DNA of 45,204 nucleotides from Coleofasciculus sp. B1-GNL1-01 (GTDB taxonomy: Bacteria > Cyanobacteriota > Cyanobacteriia > Cyanobacteriales > Coleofasciculaceae): NCBI GenBank assembly GCA_040220235.1, contig JAVJTO010000089.1; one strand, 5' to 3'. A model generated the notes under the pieces. The model was not told the DNA's origin. It saw only the letters and a list, made by a program, of their open reading frames with translations, and searched no databases. Shown piece by piece: positions 10,501 through 18,331 of this stretch (position 1 is the first letter of the stretch; each line of letters starts with the position of its first letter). The translations under genes and the position numbers were made by a program.

Positions 10501-10617
10501 CTCCAGCAGTCGATACACCTGATCCTGGTTTCCCGCTTCAGATGCATCCCACAGCCTCTCAAAAAACTGACGCCCCGTTTTCCCCTTACTGGTTGATTGT
10601 CCAAAGCCTTTTGCCAT
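7531..10617 (-). CDS. TPR-repeat + CHAT (caspase-like) protease
   Basis: 40-aa TPR repeats (WAMTQxNLGVAY, AIAxYQNALEV). CHAT motifs LIPHRYLHLFPLHAL, catalytic His in IHFSGHG, Cys in VTLSACET, and YWAAF. Confidence 0.95.
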   Translation of the reverse strand: MAKGFGQSTSKGKTGRQFFERLWDASEAGNQDQVYRLLEENADTLTDNFAQLVREDAELKLRRANKRQRGKLAGKLWKFSGFINEFPRGNRASHIEIAIACCQVLTKFSPRRAFPVQWATLQNDLGACYSDRIRGDRAENLKVAISYYEAALPVRTREAFPQDWAMTQINLGVAYDETKQFTEAIATYQNALEICTRKEFPQYWAMTQMNLGVAYKETKQFAEAIAAYQNALEVYTREAFPESWAMMQNNLGNAYRDAGQSKLAIPCLQAALEVLTREAFPEKWAVNQYNLATAYSDLGQIDAAITYFRSSLEILQPAAFPVRCLKAGRDFGNTAFNAEKWQTAIEGYAAAIEAVEISCSWASTNQRRQEILAEAMDVYTQIVQACLNNHQPKLALEYVERSKARNLVQLFADAESTLHPKGDQVDRKIRQQIERLKAQITDKHKQLDNLGEEAGLKGNPIQFRFSDELWEEDAIDETANPTPQAALDSPPASLIDPPPVPLQKGEAKGCFAFGSMGEAFSSQENSKPLSSLVFVLLSVLKTSATEGSENSNPNQLYTQRLRQELEELQAKFDQILDQILEADPAYALTQAVQPIRFAEIMHLLDEKTTIIEWYITEKRFFAFVITHNQEPYVWQSQPDDLTQLNQWQQDYLNDYQHDNRQWCNDLSSRLETLAQILHLDHILTQSPLPKDCQQLILIPHRYLHLFPLHALPVLSSSVDNPQDTGNTTAVLLDQFPDGVRYAPSCQLLQLSQKRCHEPQFSQTTASKHLFAMQNPTEDLNFADVEVEAISRYFHPADILPSQRATKEIWTQATTQNQLRLANFIHFSGHGYFNFESPLRSALVLSGATLSEIPETDESRYIQSPDKHQIDLEKCLLLEEIFALDLRPCRLVTLSACETSLTDPKSLSDDYISLPSGFLVAGSPSIVGSQWTVCDIATAFLMIEFYRNLVGQSQNPSELSPTPISVAKALKTAQCWLRDVTKDELRDWLKPLNLSPERQQEVERELKLSLNERPFSQPAYWAAFCAIGQ
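9078..9160. repeat. Intergenic-type hairpin repeat embedded in frame in the CHAT gene
   Basis: CAAAAGCGAAGCATCCTTTGGCTTCCCCCTTTTGAAGGGGGACGGGAGGGGGATC matches CAAAAGCGAAGCATCCTCTGTCCTCCCCCCTCTTGTAGGGGGGAACGAGGGGGGTC at ~14306-14361. Confidence 0.75.
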
Positions 10618-10909
10618 GCAGTCGCCAAGTCCCCAGTTGATGCCATTTTCTTATGATGACGCATTAGCCGCGATTGGGGCAATTGTCCGAGTCAATCCTC
10701 ACCGGGTAGAGAGGTTGCGCCTAGAGAATTGGTCTAAATTTTGACCCTTCGCGTCGTTCGATGGCATGGCGGATGACTGGGTAGAAGCGGGTTTCACGAC
10801 TATCTTTGCCGTTGCACCCAGATTGGACTCAACCCACCCCGACGCCAATTTTGCTGATTTTTCTGGTTTTGCGATCGCTTGTAGTAAGGGAACCTCAGCC
10901 CTATATTCT

Positions 10910-11125
10910 GTTGGGTTTCCTGTCGTCAACCCAACCTACAACCTGTTCCACCGTAGGGGCGCACCGACGTGCGCCCGATTCAATCATAATATCTATTCCA
11001 CAATTTTCGCCGTACCGCGCCAGTGGAGGGCGACCCGATCTAATTGAATTTATTGGTGTTGTTAATTAGTGCAAGCGGGTCGCCCCTACAATGACAAATG
11101 ACAAATGACAAATGACAAATGACAA
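10910..11125 (+). repeat. Composite REP element, copy 1, followed by (ATGACAA)x5
   Basis: GTTGGGTT..AACCCAACCTAC hairpin, linker AACCTGTTCCACC, GTAGGGGCGCACCGACGTGCGCCC, spacer, GGGCGACCCG...CGGGTCGCCCCTAC (10953-11089), then heptamer tract. Confidence 0.9.
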
Positions 11126-11194
11126 AGGATCAATCACCTATAATAATCTGTCCGTGTATCCTGAAGCTAAGGAGTTCAATCGACTGGCAAGATA

Positions 11195-11440
11195 ATGAGC
11201 GTTACCATCCCAGATGAAATCGTTAAGGCTTCACAGATGTCAGAAGCCGAGTTGATTCAAGAAATCGTGCTGATGCTGTTCCAACAGAAAAAAATCAGCA
11301 TTGGCAAAGCTAGCCGTTTACTTGGCATGAATTTAATCCAGTTCCAGCATTTGATTGCCAGTCGGGATATCTGTGTTCATTATGATGTTGCTGACTTCCG
11401 AAAAGATCTTAAAACCATTGATACACTATATCCGCAATGA
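11195..11440 (+). CDS. UPF0175-family putative antitoxin
   Basis: 81 aa with LFQQKKISIGKASRLLGM HTH-like motif and HYDVADF; ATGA overlap with the PIN gene. Confidence 0.85.
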   Translation: MSVTIPDEIVKASQMSEAELIQEIVLMLFQQKKISIGKASRLLGMNLIQFQHLIASRDICVHYDVADFRKDLKTIDTLYPQ

Positions 11441-11922
11441 TTGTTGTTAGTAACACTTCACCCATCAGTAACTTAGCGGTTCTAGGGCATCTTCCTTTGC
11501 TACAACAGGTTTACACCAGAATCATTATCCCGACGGCTGTTGCTGAGGAAATCGCTAGGGTGGCGACAATCTACACCCAAGCTGCAATTGTCCCCACGCT
11601 TGATTGGATTCAAATCCAGCAACTTACGAACAATGAGCCTATTGAGTCGCTTCGTGAAGAAGTGGACGCAGGCGAAGCTGAAGCAATTGCTCTCGCACTT
11701 GAACTCAATGCTGACTTGCTGCTAATTGACGAGGAACTTGGCAGAATAGTCGCTTCCAGATATGGGCTGAAAGTTAAGGGACTTTTGGGAGTGCTGATTA
11801 CAGCAAAACGTTTAGGGCGAATTCTGGCTGTTAAACCTGTGATGGATAATTTGATTGTCCAGGCAAGGTTTAGAGTCAGTCAGCAGCTTTATGCAGATGT
11901 CCTGCAAGCGGATGGCGAGTAG
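11437..11922 (+). CDS. DUF3368-type PIN-domain putative toxin
   Basis: Motifs MIVVSNTSPI, DAGEAEAIALA, LLLIDE, GLLGVL. Confidence 0.88.
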   Translation: MIVVSNTSPISNLAVLGHLPLLQQVYTRIIIPTAVAEEIARVATIYTQAAIVPTLDWIQIQQLTNNEPIESLREEVDAGEAEAIALALELNADLLLIDEELGRIVASRYGLKVKGLLGVLITAKRLGRILAVKPVMDNLIVQARFRVSQQLYADVLQADGE

Positions 11923-11986
11923 AGATGTAGAGAGTATTGAGTGTTTGGGTGGATTGTTGATCAGTATTTTGACTCAACCCATCGCA

Positions 11987-12073
11987 CGGGGATACATTCA
12001 TGCAATTATCATTCACCTAGACAACGGCGCAATTTGGAACCGCCACGATTTTCCAGAACAAACGATTATTGAA
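11987..12073 (+). pseudogene. Possible XisI-family gene remnant
   Basis: Translates RGYIHAIIIHLDNGAIWNRHDFPEQTIIE, resembling the XisI core as I recall it (HG-x-IIHLDIxxGKIWIQHDGTE). Ends at the REP element. Confidence 0.45.
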
Positions 12074-12076
12074 ATC

Positions 12077-12228
12077 GTTCCACCGTAGGGGCGCACCGAC
12101 GTGCGCCCGATTCAATGATAATATCTATTCCACAATTTTCGCTGCGCCGCGCCAGTAGAGGGCGACCCGAATTTATTGAGTACATTGGTGTTGTTCATTA
12201 GTGCAAGCGGGTCGCCCCTACAACGACC
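12077..12228 (+). repeat. Composite REP element, copy 2
   Basis: GTTCCACC-GTAGGGGCGCACCGACGTGCGCCCGATTCAAT...GTGCAAGCGGGTCGCCCCTACAACGACC, same orientation as copy 1. Confidence 0.9.
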
Positions 12229-12277
12229 TTCAGCCAAAAGGTTGTGGCGCTTATGCAATATTTTAACTTAACTTATT

Positions 12278-12940
12278 TTAAACAAGTTCATCGTCTATAA
12301 CAATGTTTTTCGCCTGAACTCCTTCTACAAAAATCTTTAGGCTGGGATTTCGGGCGTAATTTTTCATTAGCACTTTATTTTTGCAGTAGTTTCTTGAAAG
12401 AGAATCATACTCATTATAGTTTTTACGGATAGTTTGCTGACACTGGCGGCTTAATCGCTGGAAACAATTTTTTGTTTGTGCCGCTTGTTTATCATTGGTG
12501 AAGTAAAGGGGAAGCAGCCAACACTCCGTTGAATAAACAGAAATAGCAAAGATGATTCTGGCTTGGTATTTATAGTAAAAATCTTCGCCTATTAATCCTT
12601 GGCACTTTTCCACGACTTTATCAATTAACTCTTCAGGAGTCAATTCTTCCCCATCTTGATACTTAGGAATATCATAATGCACTTCTTCTGAGGTATCCGT
12701 ATCGACTTGGATAATCAGATAATCGCTAAATTGAAACGCTTCTTTAAATTTACTAGAAGCACAATAGTCAAATACTTTTAACCAATTGCTATAATTCTCA
12801 ACTCTGTTTTTATCGGTTTCATCCCTGAGAGGCAACAGGGGGTTAACGATAATATCAGGATTGTTAAAATACCCGATTAAAATATTTTCAATAACCACTT
12901 GATCCGTTATGCCTTCTGCTATCAAGCCAAAAGTTGTCAT
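12278..12940 (-). CDS. TOPRIM-like hypothetical protein, partner of ABC ATPase
   Basis: N-terminal FGLIAEGITD (EGxxD), IIQVDTD (DxD) and TECWLL. Starts 2 bp after the ATPase stop; AT-rich. Confidence 0.75.
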   Translation of the reverse strand: MTTFGLIAEGITDQVVIENILIGYFNNPDIIVNPLLPLRDETDKNRVENYSNWLKVFDYCASSKFKEAFQFSDYLIIQVDTDTSEEVHYDIPKYQDGEELTPEELIDKVVEKCQGLIGEDFYYKYQARIIFAISVYSTECWLLPLYFTNDKQAAQTKNCFQRLSRQCQQTIRKNYNEYDSLSRNYCKNKVLMKNYARNPSLKIFVEGVQAKNIVIDDELV

Positions 12941-12942
12941 CG

Positions 12943-14118
12943 CTAGAAATTTTTCGGAAGTCCGCCGATGTAGCCTCTCATGAATGCTTCTGATAATTTT
13001 ACCGGATCTTGTCCTTCCAGAGGAGTGGGCTTTTCAACAGGTCTAGCTTTGGTATGTCCAAATTTATTCCGGTAAATAACCCAGAGTTGTTGCTCCGGAT
13101 CATCTAAGTCTAATCCATCTAAAATTGCTGGATTATGGGTGGTAATGATAACTTGCTTATCATACTTTTTGGCTAACTGAACTAATTCTCGCATTAACTG
13201 GCTGCATAATTTGGGGTTCAGTGAAGCGTCAATATTATCTATGGCAAAAAAACGCGGTGTATCGTCACTAATAAAAAGCGCAAAATAAAACAATAAAAAT
13301 AGAAATCCTTCATTTGCACTTTTTTGGTCAAAGGCAGATAAGTCTGGATCTAAATACCTATCTTTTGTCTTCAGGCTTTTTTCACTATCAAGGAATTCAG
13401 CATGAATGGTGAAATCTTCAAACCAAAACAGCAACTTTAGTTTTTCTTTGAGTTCATTAATTTTACTTTGATCTAAATTTAATACTTTGAGAAGTTTAAA
13501 TAATCCTTCGCCATTAATTCCTAGTGGTTGAATTTGCCCTTCTTTCTCAAACTGTCTTAAGGCGAAATTTTCTGGAGAGTAAATCAAAAAATTATCCAAG
13601 TAACTTTGATGAACTTCTTGTTTTATAAACTGTTCCTTTTTCCTTAAAATCGTTTCTAAAATAAAATTATCATCGAATTTAATCTCTAAATTTTCTACAT
13701 TAACTGGAATAATTGGACTGTATTTTTTTCGGATATCATTCTCAATTTTTTGTTCTTTTTTTTTGTCAATTTTATTTTCTTCTATCAACCATGAAGAATA
13801 GGGCTGATTGTTATTTTGAAGGATATAACCAAATTTAAAATCTGAATTTTTTTCGTAAAAATTAATTTTTATTCCTTGGGTAATCTGCTCTTTATCAAAA
13901 GCTGAACGCATATATTCCGGGTTGGTAACCCTGATTCCCCTGGAAAACAAAAATTCATTATCTAATTTATCATTCGCAGCGGCTGAGGCTAAAGCGATCG
14001 CTTCCAGGATATTACTCTTACCCGAACCATTTTCACCAATTAATACAGTTACACGCCCCAAGCCTAACTTTAGCTTTTGAATGGATTTGTAGTTTTCTAT
14101 CTGGATTTGTTGGAGCAT
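12943..14118 (-). CDS. Soluble ABC-type ATPase (AAA_15/AAA_21-like)
   Basis: IENYKSI, Walker A GENGSGKS, Walker B/D-loop FAIDNIDASLNP, H-loop ITTHNP; no TM segments; AT-rich. Confidence 0.9.
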   Translation of the reverse strand: MLQQIQIENYKSIQKLKLGLGRVTVLIGENGSGKSNILEAIALASAAANDKLDNEFLFSRGIRVTNPEYMRSAFDKEQITQGIKINFYEKNSDFKFGYILQNNNQPYSSWLIEENKIDKKKEQKIENDIRKKYSPIIPVNVENLEIKFDDNFILETILRKKEQFIKQEVHQSYLDNFLIYSPENFALRQFEKEGQIQPLGINGEGLFKLLKVLNLDQSKINELKEKLKLLFWFEDFTIHAEFLDSEKSLKTKDRYLDPDLSAFDQKSANEGFLFLLFYFALFISDDTPRFFAIDNIDASLNPKLCSQLMRELVQLAKKYDKQVIITTHNPAILDGLDLDDPEQQLWVIYRNKFGHTKARPVEKPTPLEGQDPVKLSEAFMRGYIGGLPKNF

Positions 14119-14147
14119 AAGTTTATAGCGTTGGCTGAGTCATTTTT

Positions 14148-14646
14148 GTTGGGTTGACGCGCCGAAACCCAACCTACAACCTGTTCCACCGTAGGGGCGC
14201 ACCGACGTCATTGGTGTCAACTTAAGCTCAACCCCTCTCCCCCAGCCCCTCTCCCACGCCGGGGAGAGGGGAGCAAGAGCATCCGATCCTCCTTCTCCCG
14301 TGCAACAAAAGCGAAGCATCCTCTGTCCTCCCCCCTCTTGTAGGGGGGAACGAGGGGGGTCCGGAGTTGGGGTTAGGGGATGAGAGGGAAAGGTTGAGCA
14401 GTAGATAAACATAGCTGAAAACCTTACCAGCATTGGTTTTCGACCTTAAGTTGGCACGGATGACCGACGTGCGCCCGATTCAATGGTAATATTCATCCCA
14501 CAATTTTCACTGCGCCACGCCAGTACAGGGCGACCCGATCCAATTGAGTTTATTGGTGTTGTTCATTAGTGCAGGCGGGTCGCCCCTACAACGACCAATC
14601 ACCAATGACCAATGACCAATCACCAATGACCAATGACCAATGACAA
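14148..14646 (+). repeat. Composite REP element, copy 3 (interrupted by a MITE), followed by heptamer tract
   Basis: Same parts as copy 1, split at ACCGACGT. ACCAATG/ACCAATC repeats run up to the ppc stop codon. Confidence 0.9.
14209..14462. mobile_element. 254-bp MITE with 18-bp TIRs and 8-bp target-site duplication
   Basis: TIR-L CATTGGTGTCAACTTAAG (14209-14226); TIR-R CTTAAGTTGGCACGGATG (14445-14462), 15/18 match. TSD ACCGACGT at 14201-14208 and 14463-14470. Confidence 0.9.
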
Positions 14647-17600
14647 TCAACCTGTATTCCGCATACCCGCAGCAATCCCGTTAATTGTCAACAACGCACC
14701 CCGCAGTAACTCACCTTTACTATACCGAGATTGGACAAATCCCGATGCCATCTGACTGCTATGCTGGCGCAACCGTTTCAGCAAAGAGACTTGCAAGAAA
14801 CCCAGGGGAACAATCGTACCATTCCGCAAGTGTACCGATCGCTGTAATTCTGGATCACCATCCAGTAACTGCTTATGTCCGGTAATTAACGAGATTAACT
14901 CACGAGTCAGGTTAAATTCCTCGCTAATTTGCTGGAATAACCGATCAAACCGTTCTCGATCATCGGGATGGGACAATTTCTCCACATAATGACCCGCAAT
15001 TTGTAGATCCACTTTTGCCAACGTCATCTCTACCTTAGAGATAACCATCTTAAAGAAGGGCCACTTGAAGTAAAAATAACGCAACAGCTTCAAATTTTCT
15101 TCGGGTTCTTCATCCAAAAACCCTTTCAACGCCGCACCTACGCCATACCAACTGGGTAATAAGAAACGACTTTGTGTCCAACTAAACACCCAAGGAATTG
15201 CCCGTAGACTGCTAAAATCTTTCTTACCACCGCGACGAGTGGGACGGGAACTGATTTGCAACTGGCTAATTTCCTGAATCGGCGTCACTTCATTAAAGAA
15301 ATCCAAGAAATCCGGCTGCTCATAGACAAACCCCCGATAATGTTGGCGCGATCGCACCGCCAATTCTTCCATGATTTCGTTCCACGGTTCCAGGTTGTCA
15401 AAGCCGCTTCCCAGCAAACTTGCTTGAATCACCGCCGTGGTCACAGTTTCCAGGTGATAAAGTGCCAACTCCGGCAAAGAATACTTCGACGCCAGCACTT
15501 CACCCTGTTCCGTAATCTTAATCCGTCCCTGGATACTCCGCCCGGGTTGCGCCAGAATCGCCTCATAGGTTGGTCCACCGCCACGCCCCACGGAACCGCC
15601 GCGTCCGTGGAAAATACGTACAGCAATCCCATAGTCTTCGGCAATTTGCTGTAGGGCTTTTTGGGCTTTGTGAATTTCCCAATTACTGCTTAAGAACCCA
15701 GAATCCTTATTACTGTCTGAGTAGCCCAGCATTATCTCCTGCAACGGTTGAGGATAAGATGGGAAAGCCGGGGAATCCTCGTTGCCCATCGCTTTCTCGC
15801 ATTCCTTCAGCGCCTCATAACCGCCAGCTAAACATGCCCGATACAGGGGTAACTCAAATAGGGATTTCATCACCCTTGGTGCCCGCTTCAAGTCATCTAC
15901 GGTTTCAAATAAGGGGACAACCTGAATACTACTCCTCCCCGTTGCTGGATCATAGAGTCCAGCTTCCTGAGCCAAGAGCAACACTTCCAACAAGTCGCTG
16001 GCTTCATGGCTCATGCTAATAATATAGGTTTGGCAAATTTGTTCACCAAACTCATGTTGCAGCCGCCGCAACATGCGGAACGTTTCAATGATTTCGCTGG
16101 CTGCTGGAGAAAAGGGGAGTTCACCCGGAATTAAGGGGCGGCGCGTGGGTAACTCCTTGGTTAACCATTCGGTGCGTTCGGCTTCGGATAATTCGTTATA
16201 GGGCTTGGGTAGAATTTGCAGATACTCAGTAATCTCGTGCATCGTATCACTATGACGAGAACTTTCCTGCCGAATGTCCAAATGTGCCAGATTAAACCCA
16301 TAAATTTCCACCTGACAGATCAGCGTCTCAAGTTCCTGACAACTTAACCCCGTCTCCGCTAGGTTACGTTGAATCAGTCGCAACTCTGCCAAAAACTCTT
16401 GGTCAGAGTTGTAAATGCAGGGATTTGTTGTTTCCTGACGAATTGGCTGTAGGGGTTGGCTCTGAGACAGGTGGAGATTACGCTCCAGTGTATTTTCCAG
16501 TCGTTGCTGAATGTAGGAAAGTTTGAGGCGATAGGGTTCTTGGCGGTAACGAATCGCCAGTTGCTCATAAACCTCCGGTATTTGGGAGCGATCTTGCTCC
16601 AGAGAGTCCAATAGTTCCGGTAGGACATCACTCCAGTGCAATGACAAGCTCAACAAATTGTTCAGATGTTTAACCGAGTGGATATATTTTTCCAGAACCA
16701 GATTTCTTTGATAGCAAGCCGTTTGCCAGGTCACTTCCGGTTTAACTGAGGGGTTTCCATCTCGATCCGCCCCCACCCAAGAGCCAAACTTACAGAAGTT
16801 TTTCCGGGGTGGATTCAGCCAAGGAAAGGACGATTGTATACCCTGTTTTAAGCGGTGATAGAGTTGGGGAATGGCATCAAACAAGACTTCTTGAAAATAG
16901 TGGAGGGTGTAATCCACCTCATCCAGAACCGTGGGCTTAAATTGATGCAGTTCATCGGTACGCCACCACAGCCGAATCTCTTCTCTAAGTTGTTCGGTGT
17001 AGTCTTCTACTTCCCAGGATGAGTTCAACCCTAAGGCGCGGGAGGCTTCCTCAGCTTGGTCAAGCTGTTGCAGGATTGTAGAAATACGCCGTTGTTTTTG
17101 TCGAATCGTATGTCGGACAATTTCTGTCGGGTGTGCGGTAAAGACTAGGCGAATATCCAGATTATCAATTAGCCGCTGAATATGCTGGGGAGGTACGTTG
17201 AGGTCGCGTAGATAAGGAAATAGCCAATGGAAGGTACTGTTGGTGTTTTTGGCTTTTCTATCGTCCTGCCAACGTTTTTCTAATAAATCCGCCATCGGTT
17301 CACTCCCAGATGGTTTAGCCTCGTCACCGTTGTTGGATGCTGGGAGTGAACTGCCATTAGCTTTCATCGAGGTGCCAGAGGTGCGATCGCTCCCCGCTAA
17401 TGTATTGTAGGTAGCCCGTCGCAAAAGTTGTTGATCGCGCTGTTCGTAATGTTGTTCGACACCATTAATCAGTTGGAAATAAAGCGCAAAAGCACGAGAT
17501 GCCCGAATCGCGGCGTTAAGGTCAAGCCCTTCGATCACTTCCGGAATCGATGAAAGCGAAAACCCCGTGGCTTGTCCTTCTGGCGAACTTAATTGGCGCA

Positions 17601-17760
17601 AAGACGCCAGCAAATCGACCAGTTCTTGACCACATTCAGAAAGGAGAACCGACTCCCACAACTGTTCCACAACTTTGATGCGGTGACGCAACAGGAGTTT
17701 TGATTGGGATGTAGATGGGATGGTCAATTCCTGATTGGATGAGTGGAGGAGAGAACTCAT
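14647..17760 (-). CDS. ppc: Phosphoenolpyruvate carboxylase
   Basis: [57 protein letters not shown]-terminal GMRNTG. Start placed at ATG 17760 (MSSLL). Confidence 0.97.
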   Translation of the reverse strand: MSSLLHSSNQELTIPSTSQSKLLLRHRIKVVEQLWESVLLSECGQELVDLLASLRQLSSPEGQATGFSLSSIPEVIEGLDLNAAIRASRAFALYFQLINGVEQHYEQRDQQLLRRATYNTLAGSDRTSGTSMKANGSSLPASNNGDEAKPSGSEPMADLLEKRWQDDRKAKNTNSTFHWLFPYLRDLNVPPQHIQRLIDNLDIRLVFTAHPTEIVRHTIRQKQRRISTILQQLDQAEEASRALGLNSSWEVEDYTEQLREEIRLWWRTDELHQFKPTVLDEVDYTLHYFQEVLFDAIPQLYHRLKQGIQSSFPWLNPPRKNFCKFGSWVGADRDGNPSVKPEVTWQTACYQRNLVLEKYIHSVKHLNNLLSLSLHWSDVLPELLDSLEQDRSQIPEVYEQLAIRYRQEPYRLKLSYIQQRLENTLERNLHLSQSQPLQPIRQETTNPCIYNSDQEFLAELRLIQRNLAETGLSCQELETLICQVEIYGFNLAHLDIRQESSRHSDTMHEITEYLQILPKPYNELSEAERTEWLTKELPTRRPLIPGELPFSPAASEIIETFRMLRRLQHEFGEQICQTYIISMSHEASDLLEVLLLAQEAGLYDPATGRSSIQVVPLFETVDDLKRAPRVMKSLFELPLYRACLAGGYEALKECEKAMGNEDSPAFPSYPQPLQEIMLGYSDSNKDSGFLSSNWEIHKAQKALQQIAEDYGIAVRIFHGRGGSVGRGGGPTYEAILAQPGRSIQGRIKITEQGEVLASKYSLPELALYHLETVTTAVIQASLLGSGFDNLEPWNEIMEELAVRSRQHYRGFVYEQPDFLDFFNEVTPIQEISQLQISSRPTRRGGKKDFSSLRAIPWVFSWTQSRFLLPSWYGVGAALKGFLDEEPEENLKLLRYFYFKWPFFKMVISKVEMTLAKVDLQIAGHYVEKLSHPDDRERFDRLFQQISEEFNLTRELISLITGHKQLLDGDPELQRSVHLRNGTIVPLGFLQVSLLKRLRQHSSQMASGFVQSRYSKGELLRGALLTINGIAAGMRNTG

Positions 17761-17856
17761 AGGGTCTGTTGGCACTAAGACAAGGATGATCCATTGTACG
17801 GGGTTAATGCTACCCTGTATAGTTTCATTATTGACAAATTCTTTGCAGTTTTCCAC

Positions 17857-18099
17857 CTACTCTTCGTTAGAGGGGGAAGGAGGCGTCTCTGGAAAGGGAA
17901 GAATCGGTAAGCGATCGCCCCGAAAGACTTCCTCGCTGGCTTCCCCTACCTGTTGCAGCCATGAGCCAATCGTGTTTAGGGAAATCACCCCCACAAGCAT
18001 CGGACCTGTGGCTAAACTTAATAGGAGGTCTGCTGAATGTTTAGCAGACTCCGGTAAGGGATTGACTGCTACCTGTGGATCTGGGTTCACTGATGCCAT
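17857..18099 (-). CDS. Small hypothetical protein upstream of ppc
   Basis: 80 aa with hydrophobic LLLSLATGPMLVGVISL and GEASEEVFRGDRLPILPFP. Confidence 0.7.
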   Translation of the reverse strand: MASVNPDPQVAVNPLPESAKHSADLLLSLATGPMLVGVISLNTIGSWLQQVGEASEEVFRGDRLPILPFPETPPSPSNEE

Positions 18100-18203
18100 A
18101 ACTAAAATTCAACCTCGCACGAACAACAGTTAATCGTTTACAAAGACCAAGACCGATCCCAATTTGATACTAGACTATAGTTGCTCCAACTTTCGCTGCT
18201 CCC

Positions 18204-18227
18204 AGACGTGCCATGGCACGTCTCTAC
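18204..18227 (-). repeat. GTAG-type REP hairpin
   Basis: AGACGTGCCATGGCACGTCT palindrome followed by CTAC. Confidence 0.8.
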
Positions 18228-18331
18228 ATTCTCCTCTGCTGTCCTGCGCCCAACTCCTCCGTTTTTCGCGGAATGTGCAATCATGAGAGGAAAAAATAGC
18301 CGCCATTATCAGTCCAGGTAACAAATTTGTA

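Noticed and set aside
10699..11069. Three overlapping short ORFs upstream of the CHAT gene
   Set aside because: They start in or run through REP sequence and have no recognisable motifs. A gene remnant cannot be excluded.
14140..14433. 97-aa ORF
   Set aside because: Lies within MITE and REP sequence; not a transposase.
10910..14646. CRISPR array or classical integron attC array
   Set aside because: Repeats are ~137 bp or longer with kb-scale gene-containing intervals. No cas or intI gene is present, and I could not identify a consistent attC RYYYAAC...GTTRRRY layout.
17761..17856. N-terminal extensions in the ORF track (ppc; likewise AAA ATPase, GT, SBP, SDR, holA)
   Set aside because: Upstream alternative starts abut or overlap neighbours or precede the family-typical N-terminus, so downstream starts were chosen.
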